A stretch of 64,000 nucleotides of DNA, from IMG/VR virus record IMGVR_UViG_3300028888_000123; one strand, written 5' to 3'. The first letter of the stretch is position 1, and the number at the start of each line of letters is the position of its first letter. The notes below the pieces were generated by a model. That model searched no databases. It was not told the origin of the DNA and was given only the letters and a program-made list of their open reading frames with translations. Source of the stretch: a virus. Position numbers and translations under genes: made by a program. Shown piece after piece: positions 44,090-56,000 of this stretch.

Positions 44090-44717
44090 ATTATTGGTTA
44101 GCAGCATTTAAAGCTCAAGGTACGATATATTTAATATTATTATCAAACATTTCTTTATACCTCTTTAATTTAGTTTGGAATAAACTTCTATAGTTGGCTG
44201 ACATATTTATATCATTACTATCTTCTAAAGCATATTCCGCTTTCATATATAATCTCAATAATGAGAGTGTATATCTATCTATATCAATATCATCATTTAA
44301 AGAAGTTACTGTAGGGAAAGCTTTTGAATAAACTACGAATGCATCGTTAGTTCAGGCTGGAAGGATTAAACTTATTTCATTAGTTTCATAGTTAATTGAA
44401 TAACTATTCTGGTCTAAATTGTTTCAGTACAACTCTTCTATTAAAAGCCTTTTATATCAAGCACAGCAATCTTTTGGGTCAAGGCTACATTGTACTTGAC
44501 ATCCTTTTCAAAAGAAACCCCATACTTTAGCTATAGGATATGTAGGAGTAAATTTCATCTTACAGTCAGCTACAGCAAATCTCTCTATGACCTTCCTAGG
44601 ATAAAAGTCATAAATTTCTACCGCAAAGCTGGACAAAATATCGTTAAACCTGGATATCTTCGAATCACACCCAGAATCTGTTATATTGGTTCAGCTATAT
44701 ATATCTTTAACTTTCAT
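44090..44717 (-). CDS. Hypothetical protein (about 205 aa), downstream of the capsid gene.
   Basis: ATG (CAT) at 44715-44717. Confidence 0.3.
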
Positions 44718-44744
44718 TCAGCTTTACTATTTTAAATAAAGAAA

Positions 44745-44772
44745 ATGGGAAGGCTACTTAAAGCCCTCCCAT
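44745..44772. terminator. Terminator-like hairpin ATGGGAAGG-CTACTTAAAG-CCCTCCCAT after the capsid gene.
   Basis: GC-rich stem followed by CTTT. Confidence 0.45.
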
Positions 44773-44949
44773 CTTTGAAGACTATAATTAGTCTAGGATA
44801 TCAACATCATCTAATTGACATACTTCACAAGCATTCAATACACAAGAACCAAAGTTCTTAATAAATCTGTAAGCTCCTTTGTCTACTCACATCCATACGA
44901 TTGCGAATTTAACATCTCCAACAATCTTATTACAATCTCCAAGCTGAGC

Positions 44950-46281
44950 TCAGATGTTGTAAGGATTATCTGGGATATATCTTAACATAGGAGTTCCTTT
45001 AGAAATATATCCATTAATTTTAGCATTAGCTACAACTCTTCCGTTAGTATCAACTACTGTATATTTAGGCTGGAATACTCCAACTTTATCTTCAGGGATT
45101 GTCAACATTACAGAGAAGTCAAAGTCGTTAAGAATTGGAAGATATTTGAAAGTAATAGTTACTCCAGCATATCTAATTCTTGGTAATCCAACATCGATAT
45201 CGTATTGGCTTCCATCTAAGAATCCAACATTTCCATAATCTTGGAAATATCCTTGCATCATATGTAATCCTTCCATAGCTTTCTTGTTCATAGCTACAGT
45301 TACATTGTTTTTATACATTCCAGAAATCATAGCTTTATTAATAACTATGTCTAAGAATGATTGAATCTGATGTCTAGCATTTGTACATTCAGAAGCTGCA
45401 TCATCGCAACATCCAGACAAATCGAAAGCAATCTTCAATCCGTTCTCCTGAGCTTTTGCAAGAGCAGGGAATAATCACATTGTCTCCCATTTATGTTCAG
45501 AAACCTGGATATTTCTATCATAGAAAGCAGCGTGCAAGAATTCTTTAATAGCTTCAATGTCTCCTTTTCTGAACATAGCATCTACGATAGCTTGGATTCC
45601 TCCAGAGATAAGGTAGTCTTTGTTCAATTGGCACCATTCAAATTCGTGAGAAATAGAGATAGTTCTGAAGAAAGCAGAATAGTAATCCATTCCTCCAAGT
45701 TCTACTGGATTGTCGATTGTAGTATCACAACTTCTGTCTCTTAAATAAGCTCCTCTTCTAACTTTGTCTCCAGCTTTAAGGTTTGTAGTTAAGTTGTCAG
45801 CAAGAGTAATTTGGTTATTAGCAGAATCAATAGAAGCAATGTACAATCCATTAACTGGATTACCACCTTGTTTCATAACTAGAACTGTAGAACCAGCTTT
45901 AACTCCTCCTAATGGAGCAAGACTTTCAACAGTAAGAACATTAGTTCCTGCGTTAGCATCTGCAGTTAAAACAGTTTCATCTCCACAAATTCTTGGTTCA
46001 TACCAACCAACTTTACATTGGTCATCTACTAGAGTTAATTCACTAGAAGCAGCTAAACCGTCTTTAAATTTATAAGTTACATATACTTCTCCTGTTGTAG
46101 GGTCTTTCTGAGGTACTACATCGAAGAAAATTGTCTCATATCTTAGGAAGTCTTCATACTGTCCCCAAGTTTCGAGAACTCTACCCTCTGCATAAAGTGG
46201 GTTTAAAATGTCTTGAAAACGAACTGATTTTTCAGCTAAACCAGTAGCGTCACAAGGATTACAACTTGTTGTTCCTGGCAT
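44950..46281 (-). CDS. Putative major capsid protein (about 443 aa).
   Basis: ORF track 45475..46281 and 44950..45438 join through a single TGA at about 45474. It lies immediately downstream of the scaffold-like gene and the late promoter-like element, and a terminator follows. Confidence 0.5.
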
Positions 46282-46454
46282 TTAAATTCACCATTAAAAA
46301 TAAAAAGAAAAAGCTCACATCATTCCAGATGTGGCTCAATAGGTTAAAGAATAAAACCTAACTAGAACATTCCTCTTTTAGATAAAGGAATTCATCTAGG
46401 AGTTTGAGTAGGTTGCTTTACTTCAGCTACAGGAGCAGACGTAGGCGCACCTTC

Positions 46455-47267
46455 TCACATAGTGTTTGATTTTAGTGGAGCATTTGTAAAAATGTCCATA
46501 ATCTTGTTGGCGTTTACTGAAGGATTCATTACCGCCAACTTTGCTACATAGTAGCGAGTTAAATTCTTCTTGCTTGAATCTGACTTGTCTTTTTTATAAG
46601 CCTGTTCAAGTCTTCGAAGAGTGTAAAACTCATCATCGAGTTTCGTTACTCTAGGGTCATTATCCGTAGTGGTAACTTGCTCATTAAGTTTCTTAACCAT
46701 TCCTTTAAGAACATCGATAGTATTTTTGTTCTGTTCATTATCGAACTGATGCATACTACGTTCCTTCTGGAAAGCTAAGTAAACCTTTTTAGCCATATCC
46801 TCTGCAGACTTCTTATCCTTTATGTCTTCCAGTCATTGCTTGAGCTCTTCGTCAAGCTTATCTGTTTCCTCGGTAGAAGAAGTAGCTTCAGCTTTTACAT
46901 CTGCATTGCTATCAGATGGAAGGTCTTTAGTTGTTTCTTTTATGATATCATTAAGAGCGTCTTCATTCTCTTTCTGATTTCTGTCTACTTCAGATTCCTG
47001 TGCTACTGTCTCTAATGTCTTATTCTCGTTGAGTATTGCATCAACTTGATTAAGAATTTCATCAGTAGAAGTTTCTGGAGTAGTTTGAGTTGTTTGTTCA
47101 ACATCTCAACTTGAAGTTCAAGTTCAGTCGTTATTAGCAACTGTAGTTTGCTCAGGTTGTGCAGGCTGAGCTGGCTGTTCTGCAACTGGTGCAGTTTCTG
47201 TTGGATTGGAGATATTTTGCTGACTCTCAGCAACTGCTCCTAAAGTTGTGGTTTCTTCCCCGTTCAT
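46455..47267 (-). CDS. Putative scaffolding protein (about 270 aa, acidic, Glu/Thr/Gln-rich).
   Basis: ORF track 46455..46796 is the C-terminus. The N-terminal extension MNGEETTTLGAVAESQQN... sits just before the capsid gene. Confidence 0.4.
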
Positions 47268-47300
47268 AATTTTTAGTTTATGAAATTAAAATACGAATAT

Positions 47301-47314
47301 CATAGCTAGCTATG
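47301..47314. other. Perfect 14-bp palindrome CATAGCTAGCTATG in the 178-nt leader of the scaffold-capsid operon.
   Basis: Read directly; operator-like. Confidence 0.5.
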
Positions 47315-47444
47315 TTTAGATTAAATCGCTTCCTTCGCCTACCAACTCGAAGTACTATCCCATAACTAGCTAATCCATTCAACCACCATCACCATTTTAT
47401 GCGATTTACGCATCACTTATGAAAAGGCTCCAATTATTACCTTT

Positions 47445-47493
47445 TCTATATATAGATTATAAAATTTAGGATTTTTACTATAACTTTTTAAAG
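47445..47493 (-). promoter_or_regulatory. Late promoter-like element, copy 1.
   Basis: TCTATATATAGATTATAAAATTTAGGATTTTTACTATAACTTTTTAAAG. On the minus strand it reads TTATAG-N16-TATAAT-CTATATATAGA. Confidence 0.6.
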
Positions 47494-47537
47494 TAAAAAG
47501 AAAAATCTGAGTTTAGAACCCAGATTTTCTTTCCATA

Positions 47538-49574
47538 TTATTGTGGCAATATAAAGTCAAGTTGGCTTTCATCTACCTGTTGTGTAGGATAGCTTGAATT
47601 GGTGTATGGTAGTTGGTCTGGATTAGTTCATTGTGCTTGTTGCATCATCATAGCTAGCTCTTCATCAGATGGCTGTCAATTGGTAGGTTGTGCCATTTGT
47701 TCTTGTTGAGGCTGAGCTTGTTGTGCTTGTTGCTGTGCTTCCATTTCTTTTTGCTGAATATAATCTTTGATTTGGTAGGACTCATCGATATATTGTTTCT
47801 GCTCATCTACGGTCATAGCCTTAAATCATTTCAAACCTGCATAATCTGTAATACTCTCTAAGAAAGCTCTGTTATCTATATCAGGTAATCAAGTGATTGG
47901 GTTAGTAGCAAATCAAGCAGTATTCTGCATTAATGTTAGAAGTCATTGTGTTTTAGAAGCTTTAGTTTCTTCTACTCAAATATCAGCAGAACAAACTATC
48001 TTCATTCTATGGTCTAATTCTGAAAGATTAATTACATATTCTTCATCCTCATTTTGAACATATGCTACACTAGCTCAGCTCTGTTTTGAAAGTCAAAGCC
48101 AATGGTAGAACAATTTAGAATAGAACCTACCTATAGATTTAATCATAGGACTTAGTCTTGCTTTAGAAGCGGCAACTCTTTGTTCTGCTCAGTAACGGCT
48201 TCTTTCTACTTTTCATTCTCATCACAATACATATGAGTTAACCCCACAAATCGTGTAGGCATCAGCTTTGATATTCTCAAACTGATTCATAGCAAGAGAT
48301 AGAATATTGTAATCAGTAAAGTCAATCTTCGTAATAGCATTATTCATTCAAGCATAACTTGGATTGATAGAATATACTTTTCATTCATCGTAACCAATTG
48401 TTGTAGGCGAATTACCTGTAGTAGGGTCAGTAATTGCACCTTGAACCGCAGCCAAGACAGGATTTAAATGTCTATAAACCGCATCGGCAATAGAATTAAA
48501 TAATGCGTTACATTGCTTCTGATGTCACATTACCTTCTTTCAAATTCAACTTGGAATACATCCTACTCCTTTTTCATAAGTCAGCTCAATAAAAGGTCAT
48601 TCTCTACCAGATATAGCAAAATCTTCTCAATATTTAAATGGGCTATCTCAGTTATAAACAAAGTAACCATTAACCATTACCATAAGTTTATCTCCTATGT
48701 AAAGGTCAACTACTTCACAATAGCTTGAACTGTCAAGAATATTAAATGTGTCATCGTATATCATTCACGTAGGAACTCAATCTCATAGGTATCATAGGTA
48801 TGTAGCAGAATAAGCATCGATATCATATATCTTTGTAAAGTCAGCTTTACTTAAAGGCATAGGAGCTTCTAATATCGCTGATTTTTTCTTTTCCAATTGT
48901 TCTGCCATTCAATCTTTTCACTCCCATATAGGATAGAATGCGTCTTTTAATCAGTCAAAGGGGATAAATCTTCTTCTGAATTTTTCTGGGGCTTTATAGA
49001 AATCTGTAGCTCATACACTATAAAACATTTCGAAAGCTGATACAGGGAATAATGCTGGGATAAATGTCGTCACATTTTCTCCGTCTTCATTCTTCATTAT
49101 GCTTGTAGTATAACCTGGCATTCAGTAAGAAGCTCAGATTAATGAAGCTTCATTTCTAATGATTTCATTAGTCTGCTCTGTCTCTGAAATTTCTGTACCC
49201 CATTGAAAGAATAATTGAGTATCATCAACTATCTGTGGGTCAACTTCTTCCATAGGAAATACTTTAGGGCGAAGGTCATTATCATATAATGAGGCCATAA
49301 ATGTATCGTGTATAGAAGTTATCAAAGGATAAATCTTCGCAGACTTATATTTCATATTATGTTTCTTAAGTCAAGCTTCATATTCTTTAGAATAAAGCTT
49401 ATCCATTTTAATAACCTCAAACCATTCTGGGAATATATTATCCCTAAAATGGATTAATATTTTTTTAAGTTTATCGTAAACTGTACGTTCGGCATCAGTG
49501 GAATTATCTTGGTAGATTTGAGCTTTCTTTTCTTTCTCTTGTTGCTCTATTTGTTTAGTAATTGTCTCTGCCAT
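47538..49574 (-). CDS. Large virion protein (678 aa) with a Gln-rich C-terminus; portal or prohead-processing candidate by position.
   Basis: ORF track pieces 49371..49574 and 49134..49355 join through TGA. It lies between the two giant ORFs and the scaffold gene. Confidence 0.3.
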
Positions 49575-49894
49575 TAGTTTAGTTTAGTGTTATTAAAAAT
49601 ATCTGCTGAAGACTTTAAAGCAGTCTGAACAACAACGTCTCTCTTATCTTTTGAGAATCCGCAAATGTTGTCAATCTCTTTATAGTATTTTAAAAGTTTT
49701 TCTTCATAACCCTTTTCTTGAGTATCCTGTAAACGTTTAATTTCTTGTACAAGCCCTCTAAGATAAAGCTCTTGAGCAGACATTCATAGCTCTTCTTGGA
49801 CAATTCTGTCTAGCATTTCTTTAGCTTTCTCATTTTCTGGAGCAACGTGTTGTTTTACAATATCACTGTCCATTTGATTTACATCTATCGACAT
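49571..49894 (-). CDS. Hypothetical small protein (about 108 aa).
   Basis: ORF track 49574..49783 extended upstream through one TGA to ATG 49892-49894. Confidence 0.35.
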
Positions 49895-49970
49895 AATTTA
49901 TTAGCATAAAAATATAAAAGAAATATTAGGTACTTTCGTTATGAAAATAATTTTAAGACACATACAATCT

Positions 49971-50037
49971 CTTGAGTGGATAATTGTTCCACCCAAGAAA
50001 TTAATATGTCTTATTTTATTTTTGATAACGGTACTAA
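49971..50037 (-). promoter_or_regulatory. Conserved stem-loop element (copy b).
   Basis: CTTGAGTGGATAATTGTTCCACCCAAG plus AAATTAATATGTCTTATTTTATTTTTGATAACGGTACTA. Confidence 0.55.
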
Positions 50038-53000
50038 CTAGCTTTCTGCTTCAATAGCTTTAGTTGCCTTTTCTTCAAGCTTACTTAATTGTTTTTTGTT
50101 ACTAACCTCTTGAGATTTTGTAGTCTTAACTTTTCTGTTAATATCTTTCTTTAAACTCAGGTCTAACGTAGGTTTGAATGAATCAAAGCTAAGTTTAACT
50201 ACATTAGGAGAGTATCATTTAACTCACAACTCTTTTACTAAGCTTGCTCATTTTATTTGCATAGGAGCAAATTGTTTGTAGCTAGAACTTGTTCATCAAT
50301 TTCATCTACTATAATTACTTCATCAAACCTTTAAAGCTGTCTCTTTAAATGCAGAAGACAATGCTTTTCAAGTTTTACCAGAACCAGAATTAGCAGACTT
50401 TCAAGACGAAACTAAACTCTCTAACGTAGAAATAGTCTCACCGTCCCATTGGTATATTATTCAATTCATATAATCAGCTATTACATCATAATCATCTCAC
50501 ATAGTTTCTCTAAGCTTTTCTGAATTTCTTTCTATGAAATCTTTATTATGGTGGAATAAAGCAGCCATAGCTTCGAGTTTTAATTCAGGAGAAAGAGAAT
50601 CTGTATTATATACCCTTTGATAAATTGAATCTATTAATGAAGTTGTCACTAATCCTGATGGGTCATCTTGCATAAACTGATTTGCAATAGATGAAGACTC
50701 CGCAATAAACCTATCTATATTTCAATCTTCCAAAGCTCTAGCCATAGAACCAAATTGAGTTAATATAGACTTATATGAATTTTTCATTGTAGTAATCTTT
50801 GTTCAATCTTCTTGTTCTTTAGTTTCAAAGAATTTATCTAATACATCTCTATCTTCTGCATTAGTTGTCTCCTCTTTAATTATAGTTAACGCTGCCTGAA
50901 TTGAGGCATCCTGGTCTAATACTTGAAGCTTATCAAATAATGTTACATCTTCTCAAGGTAATAGACTATTTCAAAGGTTTAGCAACATTTTGTAATATCA
51001 TTCACTAGCCTGCTCAAACTCCGTTTCTGTCCACTTCTTATCTCAAGTTCATTTCTTTCAAATGTTAAGAGTCTTAATAGCTTCATCTTCTGCGTTTTCT
51101 ATTAAGTTTGTAGCGTATCATTGTCATAGAAGTTTAACATATAGCTGATAATGTGGGTCGCTAGTATGCTGGTTTAACCATTCCTTAGCATAATTATATA
51201 TTGTATCAGTTACATAAGTCTGATTATAATAATGTGCATTTAAATCCTGAAGCAACAATGTCCATCAATTGTCTATTTTATCTGGAGAAATAATATCTCA
51301 TCTAGCGTTCGTTGGATGTTTCATATGGTCTAACCAGAATTCCATTTCAGCATCAGCTTCATTTCATTTTTCTTTTCAATTCATATGTCCATACTTCTCA
51401 AAGTTCATTAATGACTTATTGAAACTAGAACTTCAAGGACGATATTTTCAATTCTCTAATATTGTATTAAAGAATATCTCAGCTTGCTTTTCTGTGGCTG
51501 GAGTTACATATCATTTATCATAAAATTCTTTTCAAGCTCAAGTATTCTGTATTACTTCAGATAAATCTTTCGCTGTATAATAACTAGGTGCGCTTCTAGT
51601 TAACGCTCTTGTGACATTCTTAGGGACGGAGAATAGTTGAGACGAGTTCACCACGGTTTTCCAAAGATTACCTGCGTATGTCCATTTATCATCTCGTGCT
51701 ACATCTCAATCAAATAGCGCCTTCATAGTCTCCCAAGTTTCATTATCGTTCAAATTATAATTAAACTCTTTGTCACTTCCACGCTGGGCTTCTCACATTA
51801 ATATACCTGGAATTCATCAAACTTCTCAAGTTATCTCATTAGTGTAGCCATAAGAGTTCATATCTTCATCCATCATATATCTGAGACTTCAGAATGAGAG
51901 TTTCCAGAATTCATTTTGAATATATGCCCAAGCTCAACCCCATCAATCTGTAGTCCAAGCTCAAACAGCTTTAGCAGCCCAGTTCCAAGGTTTCCACTGT
52001 CTTCAAGCGTTAGTTCATAACGCATTAAAGAATGCTCATATTCCTCGTGTGTCTTTATAAACTGTAGGGTTTTGCATAGCTCTAGATGCACTTTCTATTT
52101 GCTGTATAAATGGCCTAGCAGGTCAGAACGACTCTATTCATTGTCTCCATTGAGAAGTCATCTTTAGATTTTCTGTTATGTAGTCGATATAATCTAGCAC
52201 TGTATGTTCATCATCTTCTGGCCATCTACCATTATCTTGGAATCTTGCTAATCTAAACGCTCGCAATGTATCATTCATTAAAGCTGTTATAAAGTTTAAG
52301 AATTCTGGTTGTGTCGCCATATATCTAGCTAAAGCGTCTTTTCATTCTGCAGATAAATCACCACTCTTTACTATCTTCATTCAAGTCATTAAGAACTCTC
52401 AGGTTTGCTTGAATATATTTTGTCACCAAGCTCACCTAAAGTTAAATAACTGCATTAGTCATACCATAATGTTTCAGAATGTACTTCAAGCAATAGGTCT
52501 ATCTATTCATCAGAATCAAAGTCATAATATATTCCTAAAGTTTCTAGCTGAATAAACATTTATTCTATCCATAAGTCTGTCTTTTATCTCACGACTTACT
52601 GCTGGATTACTCATAAAATCATCAAAGGCTTGAGCTGAAGCAAACTGCATAAAGTCATTCTCTTTTATGGCTTTTACAAATGATAAGTTTTTAAAGTTTC
52701 TCGCAAATAAACCATCGATAATATTGTTCGCGTTATCTTTATATGGGTCAAATTGTCTTACTATTTGATTAGTTGCTCATATACTGCTAGCTCAGAATTT
52801 ATCTATTTTACTATACATACTAAGATAATCGTCTGTACTATCTATAGCAGTATTAGCATAAACAGTATTCACATCAGGTATTCAATATCTGTTATAGAAA
52901 CTATTTGGATTTAAATCATCTGGGTTGACAGAATATCTATTATTTAATGGCAATTCGTTATATGCTCAGTCTAAGACAGAATATTTCATTCTGATATTAT

Positions 53001-56000
53001 CTGCAGCAGAAAGACTTTCGGCTCAAAGTTTTCTTTCTAGTCAAGTCTGCTTTAAGAAATAAGCTACTCACTGTTGTGGAATCGTGAAGAGCTGTCAAGG
53101 ATATGACATTGCGATTCTGAATAAGGTATTTGAGCCATTAGCAAATGATAATATTGTATTAGCCCGTCTTCACCATCAATCATTTGTCAATGTAAATCAA
53201 GTTAACCCTTGTAGTATTTTCTTGAAATCTTCATCATTATATGCGCTTCCAAATATAATATTAAACTGTTCTCTGCTAATTCAACTCAATTTAGTGACAT
53301 AATCTCTATATCAAGTCAACCATCAAGAAGTTCTATCTTCTGAAGTACGTACAAATTCTCTTACATAATATTTACTTCTTGGGTTACCGAATTTAAAGAA
53401 CTTAAATATTTGATTTTGTTCTATACCAGATAATATTCAATAAATTCATTTAATATCCTGTATGTCATTTACTACCTCTCATAAATTAAAAAAAGCTCTA
53501 TTTATATCTTCTCTAGTCGTACATCACAAAGCTCAATCTGCGCTACCTAAATGATGCTCAAGAGTTTTAAAATATCTTGCCATATTTTTAGCTAAGTCTT
53601 CAGCTCTAGTAGTAGGCTTAACAGCTATAATCTGTGGTAAAGACATAGGGTAATATCTACTATAAGCTTCTTTAACTTTAGCCCATCTATCCATTATTTC
53701 TTGTGGTCTCCACATTCACGCTGTCACTCTACCTTTTAATCATATCAAGTAATCTTTAATTCATCTTCCAATCTCTTCATTCAGTCAATAAGTAGCATCA
53801 GCTGCATCGCTTAACATATTTGTTAATGAGTATCTTCTAAGCTTTTGTCTTACATCCATTAAAATTGAGGACATAAGAGCTCTTTCTCATTCTGTGATTA
53901 ATTGAACTCAATCCATCATAGCTTGTAGAGTTCAGTTATAACTATTGATTATATTCTCTCTATATTGTTTGTTTTGTAATTCTAGATTTCTTTCTTCTTT
54001 TTCTGTCAGCTTTTTAGTTGGGTCTGGTAAAGAAAGTCAAACTTTATCAGCTTCCTCTACAAAAATATTCTCTTCATTAAATATAGTTTCTTTCCAAGAG
54101 TCAATAGACTCATCTCATAGCTGTCTTAAGCTCTTCTCGTCTCAGTTCTCTAATTGGATTATAATTCTATCCTGTAAAACATCCATATCTGGAATATCTA
54201 GGTTTCTTATGTCTATTTGAGTTTGTTGATATTTTTGTTTTAATAATGTTTCAACTTTTTTCTTTACATTAGGCATTTCTATGCCTCACTCTACTAATAC
54301 TCATCAAGTTGGCAAGTCTCTTAAATATGTATATGGGGTGAAGGCGTTTATATATGTAGCCCTCATAAAATTAGTAATAGCTTTCTTGTCTTTAGATTTA
54401 GTCACTCATACTTTCTCGAATCTTTCAATAGCTTTTGTGTCTTTAATCCATTTATCTACTAATCACTCTAGCTCTCACTTAGTGATATATCCTTGTCAAC
54501 CTTCTCTGAAAAAAGATTTAATACTTCAGAAAATTCATTCTTTGATTTCTTTATCTATATTAGATGTGTTATCGAAGTTTTTTAATATCTTAACATCCTT
54601 TAAAGCATTCCCATACAAAGCTCTAGGTAATCAATTCTCGGCTATTCTAAAATTCTCAAAGAAATTATATTTAGCCAATATAGGAGATTGCTTATACATT
54701 AAGTTCGTTACTATGTTTGCATTAGTATTTAGTGCTTTAGCTGATTCTATGTAAGACAATAAGGCATAAACTTGTTTATTAGATAGACTATTTATACCTT
54801 CTGTTCATAAAGCTTTTACCGATTCTAATCATTTAATATTACTTGGAAGAGTTTGTAGATTACTTATTAATTCTTGCCTTGCATCCACTACTACATAATC
54901 TTCTCAAACCTTTTTAATAGTAGCTCAGTTATCAACTAATTTTTGTTTCCTAGCATTTATTTTTGCTTCTTTTATTTCATCTTCTCATTTAAGTCATTTC
55001 CCTATATCTTTATCAATATCGTTCTCTTTAGCTATTCTTTTTAATGATTTTTTATAATTATCCAATATTCTATTCTTTATTCATTTCATTTCTTCCATTG
55101 CCTTACTTGCACTCATAGAATCAACATATATAGGTAATGCATATTTGCTACCTAATAATGATTGTCTATCTGCTGGAGTAAGTAATCTTCAGTATTTAGA
55201 TAATACTATTTCCTGCTCAAACATATCAAGGGCATAAGAAGCTTGAAGTTTTATTTGTTGTGCTTTTTGAAATGTTAACGTTCAGTCTTGAAATCATTTT
55301 CTGAATTCCTCAATATATCTATCTAATATATCTGATAATATTTTATTTTCTTGTCCTGAAGGTATCATTCATTTCTTTGCTCAATCAATAGCGACTAAAG
55401 CTGAATATGTATCAGGTAAGAATACATTCTCCGTTTCTCTATATACCGCACGTTCTGCATTGTTTATGCTGTACTGCCTTCATTTATAAAGAGCGTCCTC
55501 ATAATTAAATTTAATATCCTGAGGTAATAAATTATCTATTATAGAATGTATATTATCTGTAGTGAATGGAATATTATTTTTGTAAAATAACGATTGAATA
55601 AATGGAGTGTTTAATAACTCTATGGTATTATTTCAATCAGCTCATCAAGTCAGATAAATATAGATAAAGTCTCTTACATTAGCTAATGGCAGAGAGTATC
55701 AAGCATTCACTAAGTTATTAGCAAACGCAACTGAGATTGTATTAAATAAGTCGTCATTGATAAGCTTACAAAATTCATTCAATTCTTTATCAGTTATTGT
55801 TTGATTAGGAAAGAACATATCCTTATATACCGTAGCAAATGTTCTATTTTGAAACATAGATTGAATGTCGGTCATTCTCATAGTTTCAGCACTTCATCAA
55901 CTAGACAATGAAATTAATTTTCATTTTGCCTGTAAATAATCTATCTCATTTTCTGCTGTTCTGAAATCTATATAAGCATCTCTAATCTCTGAAAGGTTAT

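Noticed and set aside
45493-46075. Two + strand ORFs (83 and 103 aa).
   Set aside because: They are antisense to the major capsid gene 44950..46281.
54281-54754. A 157-aa + strand ORF.
   Set aside because: It is antisense to the giant minus-strand ORF. The product is hydrophobic and low-complexity, and it lacks the TGA codons typical of real genes here.
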